Position numbers and translations under genes: made by a program. Under the pieces are notes generated by a model. The model saw nothing but the letters and a program-made list of their open reading frames with translations, had not been told where the DNA came from and made no database searches. Shown piece by piece: positions 26,707-39,080 of a stretch of DNA of 64,000 nt (position 1 is its first letter; each line of letters starts with the position of its first letter). This DNA comes from Eledone cirrhosa (Eukaryota), in NCBI GenBank assembly GCA_964016885.1, contig OZ024762.1, forward strand, positions 6,634,001 through 6,698,000. The letters are read 5' to 3'.

Positions 26707-27932
26707 CATCATCATCACCATCATCATCATCGTTTAATGTCCATCTTCCACACTAGCATGGGTAGAATGGGCTGTCCCTTTGTGAGAGATCAGGTCGGGG
26801 AGACCATGATTTGCTCACACAGAACTGATTTTGGCTTGGTTTCTATGGCTGGATGCCATCAACCAAATTTAGTGTGTGCTGGTGCTTTTTGTTGTGACAC
26901 CTACACAACCACTGTACAGTGTGGACTGGGTGCTTTTTGTTGTGACACCTACACAACTACTGTAGAGTGTGGACTGGGTGCTTTTTGTTGTGACACCTAC
27001 ACAACCACTGTACAGTGTGGACTGGGTGCTTTTTGTTGTGACACCTACACAACCACTGTACAGTGTGGACTGAGTGCTTTTTGTTGTGACACCTACACAA
27101 CCACATTTACAGTGTGGACTGGGTGCTTTTTGTCGTGACACCTACACAACCACTTTACAGTGTGGGCTGGGTGCTTTTTGTCGTGACACCTACACAACCA
27201 CTGTACAGTGTGGTCTGAGTGTTTTTTGTTGTGACACCTACACAACCACATTTATAGTGTGGACTGGGTGCTTTTTGTCGTGACACCTACACAACCACTG
27301 TACAGTGTGGACTGAGTGCTTTTTGTTGTGACACCTACACAACCACATTTATAGTGTGGACTGGGTGCTTTTTGTCGTGACACCTACACAACCACTGTAC
27401 AGTGTGGACTGAGTGCTTTTTGTTGTGACACCTACACAACCACATTAGCAGTGTGGACTGGGTGCTTTTTGTCGTGACACCTACACAACCACTGTACAGT
27501 GTGGACTGAGTGCTTTTTGTTGTGACACCTACACAACCACATTTACAGTGTGGACTGAGTGCTTTTTGTCGTGACACCTACACAACCACTTTACAGTGTG
27601 GGCTGGGTGCTTTTTGTCGTGACACCTACACAACCACTGTACAGTGTGGTCTGAGTGTTTTTTGTTGTGACACCTACACAACCACATTTATAGTGTGGAC
27701 TGGGTGCTTTTTGTCGTGACACCTACACAACCACTGTACAGTGTGGACTGAGTGCTTTTTGTCGTGACACCTACACAACCACATTTACAGTGTGGACTGG
27801 GTGCTTTTTGTCGTGACACCTACACAACCACATTTACAGTGTGGACTGGGTGCTTTTTGTCGTGACACCTACACAACCACATTTACAGTGTGGACTGGGT
27901 GCTTTTTGTCGTGACACCTACACAACCACTGT
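26707..27932 (-). mobile_element. Composite SINE 3' half with 48-50-bp internal unit expanded about 22 times
   Basis: (CAT)n tail and GGCTGGATGCC, then an array of GTGTGGACTGGGTGCTTTTTGTYGTGACACCTACACAACCACTGTACA. Confidence 0.9.
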
Positions 27933-28281
27933 ATATATAACATTTCCACAAAGTACGAGCAAAACTATCAATAGTTGGGACTGGGAGAATTTTTGATAGC
28001 GTTTATCTATTTGTTTCTTCAAACTTACATTTTAGACTTAGCTCCGTTTAATGATTGTCTAGTTAATTTCTACGGACTAAGGGGGAAAGACTAGGTAAAT
28101 TTTATCTGACTGTTCCTCATAGAGTAATATCAATAACATTTATCTGTTATTTCTTCAAAGTTACATTTTAAACTTAGCTCCGTTTAAATTATTATTTATC
28201 TGATTGATTTCTACGGACTAAGAAGAAAAAATTGAATAAATTTTATCTGACTATTCTTCAAACTTATAATTTTAAATATAT

Positions 28282-28387
28282 ACCTTAGGTAGCAAGCAAC
28301 TGTGTTGAGAAATATATAAATGTATACATATATATATATATGTATACATTTATATATTTCTCAACACAGTTGCTTGCTACCTAAGGT
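28282..28387. repeat. Perfect 106-bp palindrome centred on (TA)n
   Basis: ACCTTAGGTAGCAAGCAACTGTGTTGAGAAATATATAAATGTATACATAT and its exact reverse complement. Confidence 0.95.
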
Positions 28388-29254
28388 TTCAAAGCCTGCT
28401 CTAACATAGGTCACTATGTATGTTAGTGTTGCTTATCCTTCAGAAAAAAAAAAATACTACAAGGTATCTACTCAATCTGATGCTATATCGACCCCAAGAA
28501 TTTGTATTAAATAAATTAGATGTAAAAAATCATGGATTATTTCATATTTTTTTTATTTTTGTAAAAAAAAAATGTTTTTATTTACTTTAAAATTTTTCTA
28601 TTTTTTTATTTTGACAGAAACAAATAAGCCAAATTCTTTAAGAAAAATATACACTTGTTCCTACAGTAGAGTTTAAGATGTAGAAAATCCTATTTATAGG
28701 TGTTGCTTGTTCTATTAGTTCTAAGTATTTCAATGTTTCTTCACAACACAAATTTGCAATAACAAACATAGTCTGCCATCAGCTGCTTCCATCAATAATG
28801 GTCAGATAACATTCCCCTGATAAAAATCTGACAAATTAGTTTGTTTGATGAAGAGAAGAAACAAGTATTTTTAACTTTGCCACCATCATCACCATAACTA
28901 CAGAGAACTGAACCTCATGGGCAAGAGGAGAAGGAGGATGAGGAGATAAACTTACCATCTTATAATCTCTGCTGGTGGTCTTATTCTCTGGACATGGATT
29001 TAAATATACATTGAAACTTTAACCTTCTCCTAACCATATTTCTAATAAACAACACTGCTTTTATACTTTTATGATTCAAATAATTTTGAAAATAATAAAA
29101 AATCTAGAGAGGATTTAACAAACTTTCTCATTATTAAATTGTTATTTGGAATATAATGTAACAAAGTTTCTTACAGGAAATTGGGATGAAATGTTTTTAG
29201 GTAAATATAATCACATTAAAACAAATGGTGTTGTATCATAAAACCAAAAGTGGT

Positions 29255-29304
<50 letters not shown>

Positions 29305-29311
<7 letters not shown>

Positions 29312-29560
29312 ACACAATGCAGTTCTTGGGTACACAAGAGATGTAGTGGGATAGCAGGCAAACTAACAGGTAGGGAAAACTACATATGCAGTAGATGTTC
29401 AGGTAAATTTAATAGTAGAAGTGGCAAGTGGCAGTGATAGACACAGTTTTCAAATGCAGGTAGGATTTATAGAGGTGGTTGATAGCTTCCGATACTTAGA
29501 TGATCAGATTAGCAAGGGAGGAGGGTGCTCTGAGGGTATCTAAGGACAGGTTGGAAGACG
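29305..29560 (+). mobile_element. RTE LINE fragment (Cys-rich PHD-like insert plus FRYL motif)
   Basis: KCTQCSSWVHKRCSGI..YICSRC, then EVVDSFRYLDDQISKGGGCSE; matches 60670-60775. Confidence 0.75.
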
Positions 29561-29574
29561 TTTAGGTGGTGGTG

Positions 29575-30345
29575 GCTTTTCAGCGTTAGTGAGGGCAAGT
29601 TTGCCAAAATCATTCCTGACACACTTCTCTCCACTGACATCACAATTTTCCCTGACACACTGTCTAGCAATCCTGAACACCTCACATCTTTGATCCTTAC
29701 GCTGCAAAACATGTAGAAATTTTTTGTCTTCTGCTTCTCTTCTAGCGAGGTAAACTTGTCGCCTAGCTTCTCTCCTAGCCTTCTGGTAAACTTCCCTGCT
29801 ACCCTCATTATGCCAATCTTTCCAAGCCTGTCTTTTGGCCTTAATTGTCTCATCTACTTTACTATTCCACCACCAAGTCACTTTCCATCTCCCTAGAGAC
29901 CTACTCCAACCACAGATTTCATCAGTCGCCTTCAGTAGGTTATCTTTCAGGAACTCCCACTGCTCCTCTATATCGTATGTCTCTATTTGCTCTTCCTTAC
30001 TGTCAAAGGTGTCAGTCAACATACTTCTAAATTTGTCACTGTTCGATGGGTCTTTTAACTTCCATACTCGGCTCCTCCAGGTAGTCTTCTGTTGTTGAGC
30101 CCTTCTAGCCTATAAGGTCACTAACTACTAGTTTATGTTGGGAGGTGCATTCTTCACTGGGGAGGGGCTTTGTGTTCCTAACAGCCATTCTGTCTCATCT
30201 TCTAGTAACAATGAAATCAATTTAGCTGGTGAGGTCACCTGATCTATATGTTATTAGGTGGCCGTCTTTTTTTCTGAAGTTCGTGTTACAGGTCATTGGC
30301 GTCACAGAATTCCAGTAATCTGAGGCCTTCCTCATTTCTAGAACT
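29575..30345 (-). mobile_element. RTE LINE fragment (endonuclease C-terminus and linker)
   Basis: Minus strand has NTNFRKKDGHLITY and EEQWEFLKDNLLKATDEICGWS..TWWWNSKVDETIKAKRQAWK. Confidence 0.85.
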
Positions 30346-30692
30346 GTACACATATCCTCACAGCTTCATACAAACAACAAAAAACATACACTCTCTCTCT
30401 CTCTCTTAAAACTATATATACACACACATATCCTCATACTTTCATACAGACAAACAACAAATGCACACAAGCATGCACACTCATAGACATCTACATACCT
30501 TTTCAGCACCATATATACACCTTGGATCACACTCTTTTAAAACACGACCAACTGCACTTCATACACCAAAGCTGAATTCAACAGTTTTCCAAGAGATGGT
30601 GACACGAAGAGTCTGTTTTTTTTTCTCAAAGAAATCTTTTTTCGTTTCTGCCACTGCCATTATCTTTCTATCTCTTTTTTAATTTCTCATTC

Positions 30693-31600
30693 TATTTTGT
30701 GATGAAAGATAAGCATCATCACGAAATATCACGATGATGATGATGATGATGATATTTTGTGATGTAAGATAAGCATCATCACAAAATATCACGATGATGA
30801 TGATGATGATATTTTGTGATGTAAGATAAGCATCATCACAAAATATCATGATGATGATGATGATATTTTGTGATGTAAGATAAGCATCATCACAAAATAT
30901 CACGATGATGATGATGATGATATTTTGTGATGTAAGATAAGCATCATCACAAAATATCACGATGATGATGATGATGATATTTTGTGATGTAAGATAAGCA
31001 TCATCACAAAATATCATGATGATGATGATGATGATATTTTGTGATGTAAGATAAGCATCATCACAAAATATCATGATGATGATGATGATGATATTTTGTG
31101 ATGTAAGATAAGCATCATCACAAAATATCGTGATGATGATGATGATGATGATGATATTTTGTGATGTAAGATAAGCATCATCACAAAATATCGTGATGAT
31201 GATGATGATGATGATGATATTTTGTGATGTAAGATAAGCATCATCACAAAATATCACGATGATGATGATGATGATATTTTGTGATGTAAGATAAGCATCA
31301 TCACAAAATATCACGATGATGATGATGATGATATTTTGTGATGTAAGATAAGCATCATCACAAAATATCACGATGATGATGATGATGATATTTTGTGATG
31401 TAAGATAAGCATCATCACAAAATATCACGATGATGATGATGATGATGATATTTTGTGATGTAAGATAAGCATCATCACAAAATATCACGATGATGATGAT
31501 GATGATGATGATGATGATATTTTGTGATGTAAGATAAGCATCATCACAAAATATCATGATGATGATGATGATGATGATGATATTTTGTGATGTAAGATAA
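30693..31600. repeat. Hairpin-unit minisatellite, about 15 copies of 54-69 bp
   Basis: Each unit is (GAT)n-GATATTTTGTGATG-taagataagcat-CATCACAAAATATC, with a 14-bp inverted repeat. Confidence 0.95.
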
Positions 31601-32581
31601 GTGTCCGAAACGGTAAAAGTCTTGATGTTTCAGACTCTAGTTCTTCATTAACAGATAGAATGAGAAATAAAAGAGGAAATAGAAAGATAGAGGGCGAGAA
31701 GAGGGAAGAAAAGAAAAGAAAATTATTTTTTTCTTTTCAGAAGAAACACGTGTATATTAAATTAGCCATTAAAACTGAACCTTTCTGTGCACGGACTGGA
31801 TGGAATGGGACTTTTCAAGGTAATGTTTTACAGGAGGATGCTCTTCCTCCCACCAATACTTTTAGTTGCTTCTGATGACATGGCCATGCTATGGTACTGT
31901 CTACCTATTCTAAACCATATATATAGCATGACATGATGCAGTTAATGACGATATTGGGGCGATGAAAGCTTGCTAAAACTATGCCAATCAAACAATTAAA
32001 CATCTAAGTTTAGTGACTTATTATGCTAATGCTGTTGTTGTTGCTGTTGCTGTTGTTGTTGTTGTTGCTGTTGCTGTTGTTGTTGTTTCTTCCATTAAAC
32101 ATGATTTTATTTTATACAGGTTTCTCTTTGTTCAAATAATTAACTAAACTATACTTACACACACGCACACACCACACACACACACCACACACACACCACA
32201 CACACCACACACCACACACACACACACACACACACCACACACACCACACACCACACACACCACACACCACACACACCACACACCACACACACCACACACA
32301 CCACACACACACACCACACACACACCACACACCACACACACCACACACAACACACAACACACACCACACACACCACACACACCACACACCACACACACCA
32401 CACACCACACACACCACACACACCACACACACCACACACACACACACACACCACACACACGCACATATTATGAAGAGCCTGGTGTCTATTCCTTGAGGTA
32501 ATTAAATTACAGGGGATTAACGCAAGTTTTTAACTCCATTTTTTAATTTTATATATATATATATGTATATATATATGTATG

Positions 32582-32754
<173 letters not shown>

Positions 32755-32896
32755 ACATATATATATATATATATATATATGTATACATATATATATATAT
32801 ATATGTATACATATATATATGTATATATATATATACACATATATATATATATATTATGGAATACTGTTGGCTTTTCGCTACAATGTTTTCTATACC

Positions 32897-33100
<204 letters not shown>

Positions 33101-33234
33101 GCACACACACATATATATATATATATAGGTGTAAATATATATACATATATATATACACATATAGAATCGGTTTATGTTTTTCTGTTTTGAGATGTATTAC
33201 AACAGATATGGCTATACTTCAAAAGTATAACTGT

Positions 33235-33832
33235 GTATACACACACACACACATATGCAGTAAAGGATTAACTATATATATATACACACACACATGCAGT
33301 AAAGCTATTAACTATATATATATACACACACACACACACACATATGCAGTAAAGCTATTAACTATATATACACACACACACACACACATATGCAGTAAAG
33401 CTATTAACTATATATATACACACACACACATATGCAGTAAAGGATTAACTATATATATATACACACACACATGCAGTAAAGCTATTAACTATATATATAT
33501 ATACACACACACACACATATGCAGTAAAGCTATTAACTATATATACACACACACACACACACATATGCAGTAAAGCTATTAACTATATATATACACACAC
33601 ACACACACATATGCAGTAAAGCCATTAACTATGGTATATATATACACACACACACACACATATGCAGTAAAGCTATTAACTATATATACACACACACACA
33701 TATGCAGTAAAGCTATTAACTATATACACACACACACATATGCAGTAAAGCCATTAACAATGGTACAGTAATATATATATACACACACACACACACATAT
33801 GCAGTAAAGCCATTAACTATGGTACAGTAATA
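33235..33832. repeat. Minisatellite ATGCAGTAAAGCTATTAACT-(TA)n(CA)n
   Basis: Constant core with variable dinucleotide linker. Confidence 0.9.
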
Positions 33833-33932
33833 ACTCCAATACAGTTTATGTCCTCAGCATTTGTAGATTTCTATATCTTGACTGTTACCAGCACTGCGAC
33901 ATTAACTGCTCTCTCTCTCTCTCTCTCTCTAT

Positions 33933-33978
<46 letters not shown>

Positions 33979-33981
<3 letters not shown>

Positions 33982-34686
33982 GATAACAAATTATCGTTTT
34001 AGGTACTCCAGTTAGAGGTTGTGAGTACTCTGTATTGTGGATAGTTCTAACGTACGGTGTTGTTTGACTCAACAAGAGGTTTCCTTAGTTATGCAGCGAG
34101 TTTACGAGAATTCCCATACAGGTTGTTCTTGGAGTAATAATAGTGAAAGAGTGAAGAATAACATGGTCGGCTGTACAAAAAGGGGTTTTATTTCAAATAT
34201 TAACAATTGTTTCATTGATCAGGTGAGTTTAAAGGCCGCTAAACTCTCCTGATCAATGAAACAATTGTTAATACTTGAAATAAAACCCTTTTTGTACCTC
34301 CGATCATGTTATCCTTTACTCTTTCACTATATATACATATATATATATATCGCTAGCTCTGATGAATTGACTGGTTATAACAAAGTATTGGTGATCGATT
34401 GACGCAAAACAGGCGGGTATCGATCTCTAGACCTACCAGTTCAGAGAAACAATTGTCAGCAATGTGATTAAAGCCCTTATTGTATAGCAAACCGTGTCAC
34501 TCTTCTTTCTTGATTTATCATTACTCCAAGTGTAAACTACATAGAAATCACCGCGTACTCGCAGCATCACTATGGAAACGTCTTGTTGAGTCAAACTTAG
34601 CCAAGTGTTAATACTATCCACTACTCGGAGTACCCTAACTGGACTACATCTAAGTGGACTACCTATAACAATAATTTGTTATCCCG
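33979..34686. mobile_element. (TA)n-flanked foldback island of hammerhead family D (Penelope-like/retrozyme-like)
   Basis: 33979-34235 is a diverged inverted copy of 34435-34686, both ending AATTTGTTATCCC at (TA)n. There is an additional hairpin at about 34140-34331. Confidence 0.65.
34349..34469 (+). ncRNA. Type I hammerhead ribozyme, family D, slightly decayed
   Basis: GCT-CTGATGA(34359-34365)-ATTGACTGGT..ACCAGTTCAGA-GAAACAATTGTC-AGC. Stem III is the palindrome ACAATTGT. The stem II closing pair is mismatched here, but the sister copy near 34250 has TCAAT-GAAAC, which would pair. Confidence 0.7.
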
Positions 34687-34935
34687 TATATATATATATA
34701 TATATATATAGTTACTGTAGGTTCACCTGAGTACTTGATGCGTAGTTTCCCATCTGTAACGAGGTGTAGAACTAAACATTACCACAGCAGAGGTCCGACA
34801 AGCTTTTGATTCCAGAGTTGGCCAGATTGATTCAGATCGAACCTGGAGCTGATCAATAGACAAACTCGTGTCACTAATCAATAAATGTAATGAAGACATA
34901 ACAAATCATCCTTTTATTATCATATATATATAAGG

Positions 34936-35339
34936 AGGCACATGGCTTAGTGGTTAGAGCATTGGCCTTGCAATCGAAAGGTTGTGAGTTCAATTCTCAG
35001 ACCGGGTGATGTGTTGTTTCCTTGAGCAAGACACTTTATTTCACATTGCTCCAGTTTACTCAGCTGTAGAAATGAGATGATAGGGACTGGGGTTCATATC
35101 ATTCCACTGCAAAGTGGTCGTGGAGGTGCCACGGCAAAAAAAAAAAAAAGCACCCAGCACTCACTGTAAATGAGGTTGGTGTTAGGAAGGGCATCCTGTT
35201 GTAGAAATCATCAAACCAGAATCAGTTCCCGTATGAGCAAGACAAGGTCAGCCGACTGGACACTGCCAACAACAGGACAACTCGTCTAACCCATGCTAGT
35301 GTGGAAGAACGGACATAAAACGGTGATGATGATGATGAT
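34936..35339 (+). mobile_element. Full-length composite SINE: tRNA head, CORE, ~48-bp unit, AGGAAGGGCATCC domain, RTE-like tail
   Basis: A box TGGCTTAGTGG, B box GAGTTCAATTC, CORE CCTTGAGCAAGACACTTTATTTCACATTGCTCC, tail CTAACCCATGCTAGTGTGGAAGAACGGAC..(GAT)n. Confidence 0.9.
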
Positions 35340-35374
35340 TATATAGCTGATATGTGTTGTAGTCGTTTCAGTCT

Positions 35375-35815
35375 GGAGCCTGGGGGCCCATCAGGCTGGG
35401 TCTTATCCTAGTTTCCATGGTACTAAGTAAATGAGAGTAGAAGACTTCCCCTCCTGGACTGGATTCAGTCCACCGCAGGGTTAACCTGCTAGATATTGCT
35501 GCTGGTACACACTTTCAGCTGAGTGTACTGGAGCAATGTGAAATGAAGTGTTTTGCTCAAGAAAACAACACACAACCCAGTCAAGGAATTGAACCCGATA
35601 TTATGATCACATGAGAGTCAGCTGAAAAGTTCATAGGCTGACTATGAAGGAGTAATGCTAGGGCTGTGAAATCTTGCATGCACAACTCTTCTTATTAATA
35701 ACTGTATTGCGTCTTTCCAGGGACTATGTTGAAAAATAAACCTCATTTGGTGAATTCATGAGAGTATGTTGGTGGACCAGCCCTCATGCCCAACACCCTC
35801 ACCACTAGGCCATGA
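35375..35815 (-). mobile_element. CORE/V-like SINE interrupted by a small mariner-derived element (about 35610-35788)
   Basis: Homologous to 62140-62410. The insert starts CATGAGAGTCAGCTGAAAAG, ends CAGCCCTCATG and carries GACTATGTTGAAAAATAA (DYVEK*, a mariner C-terminus). Confidence 0.55.
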
Positions 35816-35907
35816 CAACCACTAGTAGCTTTTCAAGACAGCAAAATATTCTCTGAAATTAATTGTTTTATCCCATGTTAGAGTACAAGGGAGAATTTAT
35901 TGGTTAA

Positions 35908-36306
35908 CCCTTTAATGTTCAAACCGGCCAAACTGGCCAGAATTCTCTACCTCTTTCTGTTGAAATTGGCTGTAACTGGTCGCTCAAACTGATGTTAACC
36001 CTTTAGCATTCAAATTATTTCATATATACTATTATATTTTCATGGTAAAGGCTTTATCTCACATAATATCGAATCTATGAGATTTTGAAAGTATTTATGT
36101 TGAGAACAATACCTTAACATCAGTTTGAGCGACCAGTTTCAGCCAGTTTCAACTGAAAGAGGTAGAGAATTCTGGCCGGTTTGAACACTAAAGGGTTAAG
36201 GTATAAATAAATACTTTCAAAATCTCATAGATTCGATATTATGTGAGATAAAGCCTTTACCATGAAAATATAATAGTATATATAAAATAATGTGAATGCT
36301 AAAGGG
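35908..36306. mobile_element. piggyBac-type MITE nested in an opposite-orientation copy of itself
   Basis: TTAA at 35904, 35995, 36196 and 36307; the inner copy is 35999-36195. Confidence 0.9.
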
Positions 36307-36737
36307 TTAATTTGCTATGGCTGAAAATAATATAGTCTCCACATGGTTCTAAACCATCTTCTGGCAGCAATTATTAACTCCCCTTTTATTTTATTAACTC
36401 CCCCTTAGCCTACAGCAATAACTTTCTAACAACTTCACTCTCGGTCAACAACAGACAGAGACAAAACCAACCTAATTCTCGTAACAACAGCAATCTCTAT
36501 TGCTGTGTGTTGCCATGGGAATTAAACCAAAACAAAATGATCAATTTAAATAATGAAAAGATAACAATAGAGGGCTACAGTCGTGGCTGTGTGGTTAATG
36601 AGTTTATCTCACAAACATGTGGTTCTGGCTTCAGTCCCACTGTGCAGCACCTTGGCCAATTGTCTTCTACTATAGCCTTCACTTGATCAATGTCTTGTGA
36701 GTGGAATTGGGAGATGGAAATTACAGAAGCCCATTGT

Positions 36738-37462
36738 ACATACATATAGATATACATACATGCATGCTTATAGATATACATACATACATATAGATATACA
36801 TACATACATGCTTATAGATATACATACATGCATATAGATATACATACATGCTTATAGATATACATACATGCTTATAGATATACATACATACATGCTTATA
36901 GATATACATACATGCTTATAGATATAGATACATGCTTATAGATATAGATACATGCTTATAGATATACATACATACTTACAGATATACATACATACTTATA
37001 GATATACATACATACTTATAGATATAGATACATGCTTATAGATATACATACATGCATATAGATATACATACATGCATATAGATATACATACATGCTTATA
37101 GATATACATACATGCATATAGATATACATACATACTTATAGATATACATACATACTTATAGATATAGATACATGCATATAGATATACATACATACATGCT
37201 TATAGATATACATACATACTTATAGATATACATACATACTTACAGATATACATACATACTTATAGATATAGATACATGCTTATAGATATACATACATGCT
37301 TATAGATATATATACATATAGATATAGATACATACATGCTTATAGATATACATATATACATACATGCTTATAGATATACATACATGCTTATAGATAGACA
37401 CACATGCTTATAGATATACATACATGCTTATATATATACACACATGCATATAGATATACATA
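36738..37462. repeat. ~20-bp minisatellite CATACATGCTTATAGATATA
   Basis: Seen directly. Confidence 0.9.
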
Positions 37463-37479
37463 TGCAGAGCGCTCAAAGT

Positions 37480-37620
37480 CAATGGAATCCTTGGAGTGGG
37501 GGAGAGCCAGGAAGACTTGGGATGAACTGATAAAAGCTGATCTTGCCCAATTGCACCTCTCAAAGGCTGACACAGTACCGACATCTCTGGCATTATGCAG
37601 TAATACAGAAGACCCGAGTT
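37480..37620 (+). mobile_element. RTE LINE C-terminal fragment
   Basis: GRARKTWDELIKADL; a shorter homologue lies at 16461-16535. Confidence 0.6.
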
Positions 37621-38230
37621 CCAACGGCTACAGGCTGAAACTAAAGCATGCATCCAGTGAAGCGCCCAACCCACACTGTAAAGTGGTCATGTAAAAGACA
37701 CAGCAATAAACACACAGCCACACTGTAAAGTGGACATGTAAAAGACACAGCAATAAACACACAGCCATACTGTAAAGTGGACATGTAAAAGACACAGCAA
37801 TAAACACACAGCCATACTGTAAAGTGGACATGTAAAAGACACAGCAATAAACACACAGCCACACTGTAAAGTGGACATGTAAAAGACACAGCAATAAACA
37901 CACAGCCATACTGTAAAGTGGACATGTAAAAGACACAGCAATAAACACACAGCCACACTGTAAAGTGGACATGTAAAAGACACAGCAATAAACACACAGC
38001 CATACTGTAAAGTGGACATGTAAAAGACACTAGCCAATAAGGACACAGCCCACACTGTAAATGTGGTTGGCGTTAGGAAAGACATCCAGCCATAGAAAAC
38101 CAGTTAGAAGCACCCCTATTTGAGCGAGACACGGTCATGTGACGCAACTTGCCTTAAAATAGGACCCATCTAACCCATGCTAGCGTGGAAGATGGATGTT
38201 AATCAATGATGATGATGATGATATATATAT

Positions 38231-38278
38231 TTCCTAATGATTTCGTTCAAATGACACAGTTCTAATCCTGTAGAAGCC
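38231..38278 (+). ncRNA. Core-mutated copy of hammerhead family F
   Basis: TTC-CTAATGA-TTTCGTTCAAAT-GACACAG ttctaatc CTGTA-GAAGCC; flanking homology to 48378-48435. Confidence 0.45.
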
Positions 38279-38483
38279 ATTTCGATATTAAACATTGTAC
38301 ATACTCTACTATATATTGAGTATCACACCCCCACACACACACTGTGTTGAAAAAGACCCAGCCAACCCATGTAAGCATGAAATAGCAAACATAAAATGAT
38401 GACAATGCTGATATGTATATCATGTTAATCTTAATATATATATATTAAGATAAACATAACAAAGTTTCACATGTGTTTATTGA

Positions 38484-38570
38484 TTATTGACCAGTTTCAC
38501 AGATGATTGACTGGAGGTCTACATTTGTGTAATAAACCTGACTCCAGTATCAATATGTTCATCAGACTCT
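38484..38570 (-). ncRNA. Decayed type I hammerhead, family E
   Basis: Minus strand reads CTGATGA-ACA TATTGATACTGGAG..CTCCAGTCAAT..TGT-GAAACTGGTC. Stem II is good and stem I is poor. ACTGGT may be CpG-decayed ACCGGT. Confidence 0.5.
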
Positions 38571-39045
38571 TTACACAAGAAACAATACCACATCATTCAG
38601 TAAACAGAATTACCATAATTCCAGGCTTACAACAACAACACATCATTCAGTAGACAGAACTGCCATAACTCCATGTTTTAAGATTGAGAAAAAAGCCTTG
38701 TCTAATCCACATAAGCATGAAAACATCACAACAGTGATAAGACTGTCTTTTCTTATCAGGTCTTTGAGAAACTTCTAGATTTAAATCTCTACCTCTTTAA
38801 TTCCATTCAATTCAATGATGTTTGTAGTAAATCTAGTAGTAAATATTGTTATAATAAATGTGCTTGTCTCTACATTTCATGATAAATTACTCTTTACTGA
38901 TGTGTATAGAAGTGTGTGTGTGAGTGTGTGTGTGTCCTATGCGAGCAAGACAACCACTCTTGCCTCAAGTGGGAAAACCCCCGTCCAAACCCATGCAAGC
39001 GTGGAACACGGACGCTAAACCTGATGATGATGATGATGATGATGA

Positions 39046-39080
<35 letters not shown>

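Noticed and set aside
29305-29400. Host PHD-finger exon
   Set aside because: It continues into the RTE motif FRYL.DQISKGGGC, so it is part of a LINE.
30679-31557. 292-aa repeat ORF IFCDDAYLTSQN / CRISPR-like palindromic repeat
   Set aside because: The frame is kept open by (GAT)n slippage in triplets, and the variable part is only microsatellite length.
33235-33832. Constant repeat with variable spacers
   Set aside because: The spacers are only (TA)n(CA)n of varying length.
34936-35005. tRNA gene
   Set aside because: A and B boxes run directly into CORE sequence; this is a SINE head.
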